Shown piece by piece: positions 12,405 to 24,705 of a stretch of 50,857 nt of DNA. Both the position numbers and the translations under genes were made by a program. A model generated the notes under the pieces. That model searched no databases, was not told the origin of the DNA, and saw only the letters and a list, made by a program, of their open reading frames with translations. Each line of letters opens with the position of its first letter. Positions within the stretch are counted from its first letter, which is position 1. Location of the stretch: NCBI GenBank assembly GCA_001938485.1, contig MQRK01252507.1:141021-191877 (forward strand), read 5' to 3'. This DNA comes from Girardia tigrina (taxonomy: Eukaryota).

Positions 12405-12908
12405 CTTTATTATTTATTTAACTCATTTATTTTATTTAATGAAATTGATTTACTTAATTATTTTAGTTTCTTTAATTTATTAATTTAATTATATTTTTTA
12501 TTTACAAATTTCTGAAACTGGCATAAATGTTCGGTCAAATTGGCAATTCTCCGCTCCAACATTTTAATTCATAATAAATGAAATATATTTTAAATTATAT
12601 ATATTTTTATTTATAATGGTTTGTTTAAAAAGAAAGTGTGAAAATTCCTCGAAAATATTTGTTTAAAAAAGTTAAATTGTTATAGAAATAAAGCTTTGTG
12701 TTAATCACGTCTTCTTTTGATTAAGCACCCAATACCCTAAATGTTATTTGTAATTATTTTTTTATTTGCAAAGATAGAATATATTATTCAAAATAGTTCT
12801 AAAAAATTCTAAAAAATACATAACATAAACGTTCCTTATTCTCTTTTAATCATATTGGCGTTAAAATATCAAAAATTCTATCAACTTAAAAAATTTTCAA
12901 ATTTACAA

Positions 12909-13015
12909 TCAGTTATCCTTAAGAAGACTTCGAAGGATTTTTCCAGTTGTACTTTTTGGAATCTCATTTAGAAAAACAATTCCGCCTTTCAATTGCTTGT
13001 GAGGACTTAATTGAC
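12909..13015 (-). pseudogene. 4CL/luciferase-like copy B, last exon
   Basis: QLSPHKQLKGGIVFLNEIPKSTTGKILRSLLKDN*, the A10 motif PK-x-x-x-GKILR. Confidence 0.9.
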
Positions 13016-13080
13016 CTAACGAATAATATTATACAATAATATTATACAATATTATACAATATATAATAATATAAAATAAC

Positions 13081-13233
13081 TGTTCATGAATTCGTGAATA
13101 TCAGATTCTTTAATGTCTTTATTTTTGACAATAAAAGCTCGGGGTACTTCTCCACATCTTTCGTCAGGAACGCCGATCACAGCGCAATCTGCAATACCTG
13201 GTAAACAGAGTAGAGTGCTTCCTAGGGCGCCAC
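13081..13233 (-). pseudogene. 4CL/luciferase-like copy B, penultimate exon (frameshifted)
   Basis: AG|VAP, then a small deletion, then STLLCLPGIADCAVIGVPDERCGEVPRAFIVK; the AMP-binding C-terminal domain with the VAPAELE motif broken. Confidence 0.88.
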
Positions 13234-14820
13234 CTAGATAAAGAAGTCATTGTGGTTCATTTAAATCTATTGACTCATAATTTCATATTTTGTAAATCAT
13301 CAACGACATTACACATATCATTAACAAAAAGGGTGCCTACCAGAACCGTATTCTATAACATTTTAATCTAAGATATCATGGAAAGATAAATTTGAAAATC
13401 ACAAAAAAATTTTTATATTTATGTTTTATGATGGCAGAACTCTACTTGGCCAACAGAATTATTTTTGTTATCTTTTGTAGAAGGGAAATTTACTATTACA
13501 TTTTTTAAAAAAAATAATAATGTTATTACTAATTATTTAATTGCTAAATGTTTGTTAAAATGTTTAGTATGAAATTTTTACATCTACAAAATTTTATTAA
13601 TTCCATTTCTATATACATATAAAAAAGTTAATATACAACATAGGAAACCGGAGACTTGATGCTTAAGCCAGACAAACACGATATGACCATGAATCAATAT
13701 GAAAACTTGATATATGTACTCAATGTGGTAGAATGATACCATCTTTATGTCTTTATGATCTCAAAGTTCCATAAAAACAAAAATAATTATTAATATCATG
13801 CAAAAACATAATTTGGATCATATCTCAAGTATTAAAGTATTAATTATAAACACTCAAATTAAAAATGATCGTTAATTCTTAGGCTACAATTAATTGGAAA
13901 ACTTAATAATAAATAGATTACTGGACATTTGCCAACGCGGAAAATTGCCCACAAGAACATTTACCCACAGTTGATTTTTATGCCGAATTTATATAAATTC
14001 CGAATACACGAAATTGGCAAAAATGTTTTTATAGAATATTTTCATAATATTCAATTTAATGTGACGAATTGTGAATTTAATATGAAAAATTCTCAATTCA
14101 ATATTGAAAATTCTGAATTTAATATGAAAAATTGCTAAAAATAAATTTTCAAATTTAAAATCAATAAAAATAACTTCAAATAAAGGTACGGGTCATTTTG
14201 ACACCAGAAATTAGTTTTTATTAAACGGAGCAAGGACTCGATGTTTCGATTAATTCGATTACAATAATGAATTGATGTCAAAGCGAACACTATTTCCGAT
14301 GTCATTTCGTTTATTTATTTTTTTATTCGTATCAGAGATTTCCACTTTTTTTGCATTTACGCATTATATAGATCGAGCAATCGAGAACGCTTTTGCTTCA
14401 TTCTATTTGCATGTTTTCCATTTATTAATTTGCATGTTTCCCAGATTTAATTCGATATCGATAATTAATACAGAAATGTAATAGAAATAATTGTTGAGAA
14501 TTTCTTTGCAATGATAAATTACTACTTATGAGATGTTGTTGGTTTATTTGAGATTGTGAGGAAGTTTTCTTCACTGGAATCATTTTTTAGGTTCCTGACT
14601 TCTTCTTTATTGTAAAATTTATTTATTATCTATTGCTATTATGTAAAATTGGTTTGCATTTTATTATACTTAGTGCCCCGAACAAATGAAAAAAATCCCT
14701 ATTAAAATGAAAGCAGGTGTAATAATAACAATATTTGATGCATTAGAAATATATAAATCAATATCAACAAACACAATAATGAAGAATAAAAATTATAGAA
14801 AAGAATAGTTGTAAGAATTA

Positions 14821-15183
14821 TCTTATCTTATAAAAGCCCAAGTCACTCACTGCCTGCCTCACTGCCTCACTAACGCTGTAAGGTAAATTTTTGAAATGAT
14901 TTTATAATCAATAAAGAAATGATTGTATATTAATAAATAAATATTATTAGACTGATATTAGAATGAATGCGATTTTTGTAACCGTAATTTCTTAAATATC
15001 ATTTTGTCTCGAGATATGATTTTCAAACTTTGCATTAAACAGAAATAAAAACTTTTGTTATACGATTTTTTATACTCGAAACACTGAAATTTTCAATAAA
15101 AATGCTTTCAGAAAAAAGTTGCGTGATCTAATAACATTGAACCCCCGGCAAGAGAGGGCCGCGAAGCGGGCCGAGCGCGCTAG
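14821..15183 (+). mobile_element. non-autonomous Helitron
   Basis: A|TC 5' end (TCTTATCTTATAAAAGCCCAAGTCACTCACT), GC-rich subterminal palindrome (GGCCGCGAAGCGGGCC) and CTAG|T 3' end. Confidence 0.8.
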
Positions 15184-18100
15184 TACACGATAATTACAAA
15201 CTATAAAAACAAATACTGTGTAGAAATTTCTGCTTATGACTTTGATCATATCGCATCATTAATATGTACTCGACATCTCTATATGCTACAATATACTCTG
15301 CTCCATAATTTAATACAACGAAATGTTTTGAATATGCCTTTATGCAAGACAGCGCTCCACCAAATGTGACTCGAAGTATTTGTAATTTATTACCATCCCA
15401 AGATTTTGGAATTTACAATTTTATCTCTGAACTTTCCTTCAAATTAGTCAACCTTATCCTTTTAATGCCTCTCCGTTTTTACTGTGGAGATCTTAACAAT
15501 ATTTTATGCCAACAAAAGCATGGAACATTTCATTATTTGAAAGAGAACATTTGATTGAGCATTAGTGAAATTCCAGTAGAGTTACTGCTTTCAGTTGTGG
15601 GCCATTTTGAAGACTGTAAGGAAATTACTGTAGAAAATAGGATTGACACATCATTTTGTTATTTCTTCTTCACTTTATGTTTTTCTTAAAAAATAATTTT
15701 TAATAATTTAAAAAAATTCATATTAAAATATACAATCTTATCATTCAAACGATGTATCATATACTTCAAATACAATATCCCCCTTGTAATTTTACGATTT
15801 AGAAAGCAAGAAACTTTTCAAAAACCCTAGATGTTTAAATAATAATAGATGTATTAAAAATAATAAACCAAATTATTCTCAAATTCAGTTTTGGAATTCA
15901 AAAAATTTGAATTTGTATTTATCATTATGTCTAATATATTTAAAATGTCCCCTCTTTCCTTGTCCAAAAGACACTCAGTCATATCGTTTCGAAAATCTTA
16001 AACCGATTTATATTGTTGAATTGCATATCGTTAAATTGCTAGCTGACTATTTATACATATAATGATATGTATATTTGTAGATGTTATGAAAATAATGTCT
16101 AGAAAGAAAATTACATAATTAATAGATTAATAAAATTAAAAGAAATAATGTAAATAATTACAAAATAATTTGCATTACTATTAATATGGGCATTTTATGA
16201 TAATTATGCAAATCTGAAAAAAGGGTTCTTTGACCGAACTGTGCTAATGTGACGAGTCATTGTGCACTGAAGTTGGAATTATTCGGTTCAATTGGCTCGT
16301 TCTGATTGGTTAAATAATCAGCTTTCTCTTCAATTGCAGATTGGACTCAACCTATAAATCTTATTTTTAAGGAACTTCTTTTTATGACGGTAGTAATTCC
16401 ACATGTTTTCGTACTCCTTATTATTATCCTTATTATTTTAACGACCACCTCACTGCACTCCTGTTTCTATATCCTCCGACCCACTTCCGTGTATCGAAAT
16501 CCATAGAGGTCGCTCCCTGGGACCAGTTGTACAGATCATTCGGGACCGGTGCTGCACTCACAACAATACATTTCCATGTATGGAATTACGTTCAACAGTT
16601 GCACAACCGACTACCCACCAAAACCCCACCACATACTCTTTACCTTTGTATCGCCAATTTCTCTGTACCACCGTTTCTACAGCTTTCAACCCACTTACAT
16701 GCATTAAAATCGTATCGAGGTTGCTCACTGGGACCAGTAATCTACCATTATTTGGTAGGATGAAATGATTATACTTTCCACGCTACTTTTACGCATGAGA
16801 AATATACCTCATTTTTTGGCACTTGCGCACCACAGCATTTAAGTGAACTCTTATCTGGATCTCGCCAGAGCTTAGGTTCGATTGAGACAGTGTGAACCAA
16901 CAGGTCACCGCCATGTTAGATACCACATTTACCGGTTCCCCATATAATATTCCTAAGAACGACCGATGCATTGAGAGCTTATTACTGATGCCTTCGCCTT
17001 AGCTATCCGAGTCCAGGGAAGGACTTACAACCGCCGGTCTTTACGTGGACCGGACTCCTTGACGTCCTATGCCTGACGGTGTATACTACAGAACTCTTAC
17101 TACTCAATCTAATCGTTCCAATTTTATTATATGAGGAGCCGAAGCTTACATTAAAAATTAAATAATACATTCAAAAATTATTTTAAATCTTTTTACTTTA
17201 AAATTAAATTAAATTATTTTTAATTAGTAGGAATCAAAGAAAATACCAATCATCCATCTCGTTAGGAGAGGCTCAATCCGAATCAACAAACAACATGCAC
17301 AATATCAACAAACAATTCAAAACATTCCTCACAATGATTTTACTGTAATATTTTTGTCACTATTCCTTTAATTTTTCGATATATATCATGTTACACTCTC
17401 GTTTCAAGTTGGCGTACAATTCTTTGTTTGATCTTGGCATGATTGTGTCAATAAAAAATAATTATTAATGAGCTTAAATCAATAAGAATAATTAGAAAAA
17501 TCAATATCCATAATATAATGCAGTTAACTAACGACAAATCTCTCAAAAACCAAACATGAAGAACTTCTGCGATTATCACTTCAACAACTCAAGAACGTTG
17601 AAACTGATATAAAATATTAATTTTTCAAAAAAATTTTCCTTCTCTCCATCGCTCTCGCACATTACACAAGAAAATCGCTTTGTTTTAATTACTGTTTCAA
17701 CTAGGTTCTTAAATCATATTTAATCCTTCATGTGTGAAAGGAATGAATTTTCATATTGATTTCAAATTTGAGTCCCTTTGAAAATTCATAGAAACATAAA
17801 GTAACAATTCTTTTTATCCCTCCCTCCTTCAGTAACAAAATGTCACAAAATTTTGAACCCTGGTCTCTTCAGTACGTTACATTTAACATAGCATATTCTG
17901 TTTAACTTTTCGAATGTATAACATTTAAAATGTCAATCACTTTTATGTTGCGAAAAAAACTTTGACGTCAATCATATGGAAATTGGTATTTTTAAAAATT
18001 TTAAGTGATTGACTATTCGAACATAATTAAAATAATAATTTGATAAATTTATATTTTTTAAATTAACAATTTAAATTAAGCTTAATATTTTTTAATAAAT

Positions 18101-19130
18101 TTACATTAAATTCATTTTCAATAATTTGATAACATTTTTATTATTTTGGGTTTGTATTAAGAAATGGTTTAAATTATTATTTTTAATTAATATTTTAGAA
18201 ATTAAATATTTTAAAAAGATTTAGAAAAATTGTTTGAATAGTCATGATTAAAAATAGAAATAATAAAACCAATTAGAACGATGCCAAACGGTGAAAGATC
18301 TTCTGAGAGTTGTAATGACTCTAAATGTGATAGTCTCAATGTTCTTAATAATGTTAATTTAATATCGCTTTCCTGTATATTTTTTGCTAGTGTGTATATT
18401 TAGGTTGTCATCATTTTTGTTTTTATTATTTTTATTATTTTTTTGTCTGTATGAAGAAGACAAAAACAAATAAAGTTAGAATCAGAAGTGAGAAAATTCA
18501 AGAAACTAAAGGATGATTTTTAACGCTAAAAGTTTCCCCCACAGCCATTTAATTATACAATTTAACATTATATAATAAATATATTAAAAAGTCAATAATC
18601 AATGAAATAAATTAATGGTATAGAAAACCAAAAACATAAGTGGATAGGATTATAATAAATTAATCATACAGAAACCAAAATACATCATGATTGGAAATTT
18701 TTAACTGGAAATAAACAGAAAAAGAAAGTCAAAAAGCCAACTAAAATTTCGCAGACGTCATCCATCATTACAATCAAAACTATCCTTATCGAATTTTTGG
18801 AACATTTAGTAACAATTACAACTGAAAGTTATTTACTACTTTTATTTTCGTTTGACTTTACTTGTCAGTCGTTTTGAGGTTTTTTACTAATATAATTTTG
18901 TTATACTATTTTCGATTCAGTATTTGATTTTGTATATTTTCAAATACCAAGCTCATTGAAACCCCGACTTTCAATTAGCCTTGTCTAGGAAATATTAATA
19001 GCACTTTAGAACAAAAAAATATTGAACTGATCAAGGAATTCATTAATGGAACATAAAAATAAATATAAAAAATATATTAAAATAATAACATAAAAATAAA
19101 TTTATTTATTTTATTTATTTAATATATTAC

Positions 19131-19237
19131 TTTAATATTTAGTATCTCCGATGCAACTTGGGAAACTTTCTCTAAACAATCTTCATTTGTAAATAATATT
19201 GAGGGATTTGAGTCTTTAAATTGATATAGGACTTCCT
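19131..19237 (-). pseudogene. 4CL/luciferase-like copy B, exon paralogous to 178-284
   Basis: EVLYQFKDSNPSILFTNEDCLEKVSQVASEILNIK; same 107-nt length and splice phases as the copy A exon. Confidence 0.85.
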
Positions 19238-19312
19238 CTAGAAAAGAAATTGTATTTCATATTGAAATAAAGTCAAATTAGTACATTAAAATACAAATCT
19301 AAATAAGATGTG

Positions 19313-20050
19313 CAGTGGAATCTCTTTATCATGAACTTTTTTATAACGAAATTCCGTCTCTAACGAAAATTTCTTTAGATCCCTGCTAAATCTAACTTAA
19401 ATAAGCATAAATAAATCCGTTTAAAACGAATTTGTCTATAACAACATACGTTTTAAGGTCCTTTATAGTGGAAACTCTTTATAACGAACTTTTTTATAAC
19501 CAAATTTCGTTTATAACTAAAGTTTTTAAGATTTTTTTAATCTCTCGTAAATAAGCATAAATAATTCTCTTTATAACGAATATGTTCTTTTATAACGAAG
19601 TTTCAAAATTTTCAAATCAAGTAAAAATATTACTAAACAAAACCTCGATGACATATCGACGATTCATAGCTATTCAAAAGGCTTAATGTTTATTTGAGTA
19701 ATTGTCTAAGGTATTAGCCATTATTAGTCTTTATTCAAACACAAATATAAAGATTAATCTAATAAACTCTTATTTAATTATTAATAAATTATATATATAT
19801 ATATTTATCATTTATGTCTAGAATTCAAATCTTTGTTACTAAAAAATGTCTTCTATAAGACATTTAAAGCGAAAAAAAGGACAAAAAAGTAAGAATAATA
19901 CAAGTAGTTCAAAGAAACATGAAAAGAAGGAGATGTTGCTACAAATTTTGAGATTTCACCAAGTACACTTTCAACTATATTGAATCAAAAAGATTAAATT
20001 ATGGGCAAATGAACAAGAAGCGGTTTTTTTTCTAAAAGGAAGAAAATCAG
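19313..20050 (+). mobile_element. Tigger/pogo element, left part (TIR plus CENP-B/psq HTH)
   Basis: CAGTGGAATCTCTTTAT terminus with TATAACGAA subterminal repeats; ORF remnant from 19846 ...KKVRIIQ...DVATNFEISPSTLSTILNQKD...KRKKIR. Confidence 0.85.
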
Positions 20051-20520
20051 ATTAGTGGAATATTTACAAGACCTTTGCCTAATATCCTTTTTCTTTCAAT
20101 CATTTTTCTTGTGTTTGTTATATATTTTTTTCCTCTTATTCTTATATCCGCGCTCTCTATAATATTAATATATCTTTCAAAATCATTTACAAGATATTTT
20201 AGGGGAATATTTCTAATATTTACTATCTCGTTATTTCCTATAAGAAAATTTAGAATATTATCCGTAAGATAATATTTTTTATTTTGATAATACAAAAAAT
20301 ATTTATTTTCAAAATCCATATCAACAAAAAATATTTTTCCATTTAATTGAATATATTGATGATGAGCATATTTTTCATTGTCTAGAGGATTTATATATCC
20401 TGTTAAAGGACGAAGTTCTATATCAAGATTATTTAAAAATGCAATTTCATTTAAAATTGGTAAATATGGTGGAACTTCTTTTATTATATTTGTGTTATTA
20501 ACTTTAAATTCAGTCCCCAA
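20047..20520 (-). CDS. Polinton-like hypothetical protein (likely the truncated continuation of 20572-20955)
   Basis: 157-aa ORF ending ..ILGKGLVNIP that runs into Tigger DNA at the deletion junction. Confidence 0.5.
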   Translation of the reverse strand: MGTEFKVNNTNIIKEVPPYLPILNEIAFLNNLDIELRPLTGYINPLDNEKYAHHQYIQLNGKIFFVDMDFENKYFLYYQNKKYYLTDNILNFLIGNNEIVNIRNIPLKYLVNDFERYINIIESADIRIRGKKYITNTRKMIERKRILGKGLVNIPLI

Positions 20521-20571
20521 TTTAGTTGATAAATCCTCTAAATACTTTTTTGCTTGTGCTATTATAATATA

Positions 20572-20955
20572 TTATAAATTATAATCTTCCGGTGATTGAG
20601 TCATTAGCTCTGTTGAAATTTTATTGATTTCTTCCTGAATCTCAGTGAATTTTTGATTGAATTGCTCATAAAAAGATTTCGATTTTATGTTGTCATAATT
20701 TTTGATATCGACTTCAATAAATTTTTTTAACTCGTTTTCGTTGTTTAATATTTTATCTTTTAACACCTGAATTCTTTGAGTTATTGGTGCTTGCATCGAT
20801 GAAATCAGAGGACTAAATAATTGTTGAGCTGTTTGCTGGAAATCAAATTGTCCGCTTCTTCGCTCTAATTCCTGGCGATTATACTCATTTACATCAGCTA
20901 TTTTTCTTTGTAATCCAACTCGTAATTCTTCAATATATTGTTTATGTGGGTTCAT
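20572..20955 (-). CDS. Polinton-like hypothetical coiled-coil protein
   Basis: 127-aa ORF; QQLFSPLI resembles the L-F-x-P-I motif of Polinton accessory or structural ORFs; A-rich start context. Confidence 0.55.
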   Translation of the reverse strand: MNPHKQYIEELRVGLQRKIADVNEYNRQELERRSGQFDFQQTAQQLFSPLISSMQAPITQRIQVLKDKILNNENELKKFIEVDIKNYDNIKSKSFYEQFNQKFTEIQEEINKISTELMTQSPEDYNL

Positions 20956-21410
20956 TTTTTAGCTTTATTATTTTTTTATCAACCTTCGGTATCATTTTCA
21001 CCAAACCTTTGGAAATCTTTTTTATCCCATTACCTTGTTTTTGTAATCGTAATTTCTCTTTCTCTTCTTGTTTTTGTTTTTCACGATCTATTTTCTCTTT
21101 TTCACGCTCTTCTCGTTCCTGTTTAACATTCATTTCATGAAGAATTTTAGCGCGTAATTCTTCTTCTTTCAATTTTGCTTTCATTCTTTTTTCCTCTAAC
21201 TCCCATTCTGATTTTTGAGGTTTATTGTGATAATAATTTTCTGAGGTCTTTTAACGATTTTTTTATTGAATTTCTCTCGAGCCTCTTTCTCTTTTTTAAT
21301 TCTTCTGTTAATGATTTTAAGTGTTCATAAAATCTGTTAGCTGTTCTGGGATTTTGGGGTAAATCCTCTTTATTTTCTTTTTTCTTTCTAGGCATTTTTT
21401 GGGATAAAAG
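20942..21410 (-). pseudogene. Polinton-like K/E-rich hypothetical protein (broken ORF)
   Basis: MPRKKKEN... (within 21222-21434) plus the co-oriented 20942-21184 fragment; highly charged. Confidence 0.4.
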
Positions 21411-21619
21411 GATTTTTGTTACCAGAGGTAACAACCTTCGGGATTTCCTATTTTCTATTAGGATCCCAAGGTTCTAAATACAATCCTTTTCCATCAAATC
21501 GACATTTCAATTTTCCGCCTATTTTCTTATTTTTTGATAATAATGATTTCTTATTTTTTGCTGATTTAGATGATAAATTTATTTGTTCGTGAAAAAATTT
21601 TTGAAGTCCTTTACCAACA

Positions 21620-22247
21620 AAATCTTCAAGGTATAGACCATTTCCTTCTTCTTCATCATCTTCTTCTTCATCTTCTTCTGAATCTGAATCATAATCCTCA
21701 TCATAATCATCTCATTTTCCCCTTTTTCTTGATTTTTTGGCAAATCCTTCGCCTTTGGCGAGGTCTTTTCCCTTTTGCGATTTCACCTTTTTTCCCTTTA
21801 GTAATCCGCTTCCAGTCTGATCATCTGTATCATTTCCGGTATTTGTTGTGGGAGATGTATTTGTATTTTTATTTGTGCTTGGAGTTGTATTTTTCAAAGG
21901 CTTTTTCGGTTCTAAATCCTGTTTCAATTTCTGTTTTTCCAATTCGATTTTCTCGATTTCGGCCTTTTTTTCTGGGCATCCCGGGCAGATGAGACTGTTT
22001 TTGCAACTCCAGCTGCTGCACCTGTTAATCCACCGAAAATTGACATAATTAATGAAATTAGGGCTGCTAATGGTAAAATACCTCCAGAATGATATTTATT
22101 ATCATTAATTGGACCTCCTTTCTTTTCTATTTTTTTAATTTTTTTCAACATTTCACGATTAAGATAAATTTCACGACCATTTACCCTGATTAATCCAGGT
22201 GTTTCGGTATCTATCAATTTTCTTATTTTTAATCCGTCAGTACTCAT
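21620..22247 (-). pseudogene. adenovirus pX-like core or membrane-active protein (frameshifted)
   Basis: HSGGILPLAALISLIMSIFGGLTGAAAGVAKTV matches the GG-x-LP-L...GGAAG-x-AK-x-V motif of adintovirus/Polinton pX-like proteins; continues after a frameshift into a basic then acidic tail. Confidence 0.75.
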
Positions 22248-22298
22248 TTTTTGGTGAAAAGCATTTTTTGCTTTTCATCAATTACCTTTTATTTGGTT

Positions 22299-24695
22299 TT
22301 ATCGTCTTTCAGAGCCGCCTCTCAATTCTTCAACAATGGTTATTTGGGAATTTCGAATATTCATTTTTAGTGTAACTTCTTGTAAAATCAAACAAAATAT
22401 TTTATCTTGAAAGTTTACATCTTTATTAATTACAATTGTCACAACAACATTATTGATAGCCATGGTTTTATCAATATCAGAAGTATCGAAACAAATAATT
22501 GGGTATAAACTTCTCCAATCTCTTAATGATAATAATGGTGCTTTATCTTGAAATCCGCGACAAACTTGAACATAAGAATTATATGTCATAATAATCGTTA
22601 TTATTTTTATTGATTACTGTAAAATTTGCTATTTTCACGTTTGCCAAAATAGCAAATCTTACATACAAATAAATGAAAGAGAAATAACTTTCTAACTACT
22701 CAATTAACTAACACAGCAATTAATAAAAAAAAAATAAATAAATAAATAAATATAACCCGTTCGTTGAGGAAAATTTATTCAGGATTACAAACATTAGTGT
22801 CCAAAAAAAACACGGTAAGTAATTATGTATATCAAAATTAATTCATCAATTTTATTATTGATTTTTTATTTTCAGTAAATTATGTAAATTATAAGACGTT
22901 TCGTCAAAAACAATGTCTTTATAATCGTTTATGTAGGCATTATTAAACCAAAGTGCGTATTCCGGTTATTTTTCCGATTCATTGACTCTGTTAAAATTCT
23001 TTAAGTTAATTTTTAATTTGGATAGAGCTCGAACAATGATCGTAGTTGAAATTTCGAAATTGTCAGCATAAAATATTATATACATATTTAATTGAAAACT
23101 TTTAAAAATATCAAATTTGGATTCATTTGATAAAATCATTTGATTATAAAGAGATTCCTTATTTCTGTAGTTCGCATATCTCACACAAATATGATTGATT
23201 ATTTCTGCAATGAGCCTTCAATGTTTATCTATCGGATCCAACCACACGAAAAATATCGATTATCTGAATATTGAAATTCGTCCTCAGTTTCTAAATAATG
23301 TCTTTACCAAAAATTAACATAGTCCCGCAATTCACATTTAAAGCAGTTAGATAACTTTTCAGTTTTTCTTCGATATCTTCCAACAATAAAAATATTTCAA
23401 ACATAACAACAAATGAGCACCAACACACACATTTGACCAAATACAAAAGGTACTAAAAAAATATACAGACTCAAAAATAAAAAGAAAGTCTAAATCAAAG
23501 ATCGTTCTGAGAGAAGACTTGAAATCCGCGACAAACTTGAACATAAGAATTATATGTCATAATAATCGTTATTATTTTTATTGATTACCATTGGTTGAAT
23601 GGGATAATATTCATTATTCAATTTCAATTGAATAGTGAAATCTCCTGTGCCGTCCATGGTAAATAATGAATTATTCGATTTATATTCCGAAGCTGATTTC
23701 TTGAATCCAAAAATAATATATCTTGGTAAATATTCTAAATAGGAAACATTCCATGAGAAAATTTTTTGATTAGATAACAAGTATTCCATGGTCATTCTGC
23801 GCAAGAAATCAACATAAATCGGTTTATCTTTAAGACTTAATCTTTCAACTAATTCACCATATGATTCGGCATTCAATTCTAATTGATCCATTACCAGCTC
23901 TAAAGAATTGATTTGAATTGATCCTTTTGTATTATTATCTCCAATATTTTGTAAAAAGAAAATATTTGCGTTATCAACTTTGCGAATAGCTGTGAATTCA
24001 ATGAAAACGTTATACAAAATTCGGTTATAATTCTGTAAAAATCTAAATAAATGTTTAAGTGAGAAGCAGCCTTTGAATTTATTTTTCCCATGATATTGTA
24101 ATTTTCGAACAAAATAACCCGAATTAGCATATTTCATTTCACCTTCAACTCCCGCTACTGCATCTGCTGCCACTACTGCCGGATTTGCATTTGGATTTGC
24201 TACTACTGCCGCTTTTGGTACTACTGGAAAAGCTTTTATTTGTAGATCTTTATGATCGGGAATAAATCCAGTTATTTCACCGCATGGGACATAATTCTGA
24301 TCTTTTGAGACATATCAGATGCGATTCCGGGATTATTGATCGTTTCAACAACATGAGCTCATAATTTTAATGACATTGATGAGAATAATTTCGGGAAAAA
24401 ATTCGTTTCAAGAATTGGTCTTTTTGTTACAGCTTCATCTAAATCTTTTAACTCGATTTCATAAACTAATTTAGCGTTACAAATATCTATTGGATCTGGT
24501 TGTTTGCGATAATTGGAAAACAATAGGACCATTTTTATTTTTGTTTTCAGTTGATCCGGAAGTTGGACATATTCTTATTAGGTTTGTTTTCTTTAAAACA
24601 TGAGAAAATTCCTTATTTGAATCTAAATTCAAGATTCCTTGGGGTACGAGACCTGAGACTAATTGACTAACTGGTTTTTCGAAAGTTGTTTCCAT
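22299..24695 (-). pseudogene. major capsid protein (double jelly-roll), interrupted by a 900-bp insertion and frameshifts
   Basis: Colinear Polinton MCP motifs: NKNGPIVFQL, FFPKLFSSMSLKL..VETINNPG, NSGYFVRK..FSLKHLFRFLQNYNRILY, PRYIIFGFK, LNNEYYP, then after the insert PLLS..YPIICFDTS. Confidence 0.85.
22618..23517 (-). mobile_element. 900-bp insertion (probably a decayed Penelope-like fragment) flanked by a 71-bp direct repeat
   Basis: 22547-22617 equals 23518-23588. The minus strand shows a weak GIY-YIG-like remnant near 23350 and a GAAACGTC hammerhead-like remnant near 22895-22925. Confidence 0.7.
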
Positions 24696-24705
24696 TTTTA
24701 AATTC

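Noticed and set aside
11537-12421. 294-aa ORF in the supplied track
   Set aside because: Artefact of the N gap; the same applies to the X-filled ORFs at 40001-41541.
14050-14135. 21-bp tandem units as a CRISPR-like array
   Set aside because: Degenerate AT-rich minisatellite without unique spacers, in eukaryotic DNA.
16985-17070. HDV-like ribozyme on the minus strand
   Set aside because: A P1-like stem and GCTAA are present, but there is no convincing P3/L3 or P2 pairing.
22547-23588. 71-bp repeats as LTRs, or the insert as an intron
   Set aside because: The repeat is capsid coding sequence without TG..CA ends, and no splice or self-splicing features were seen.
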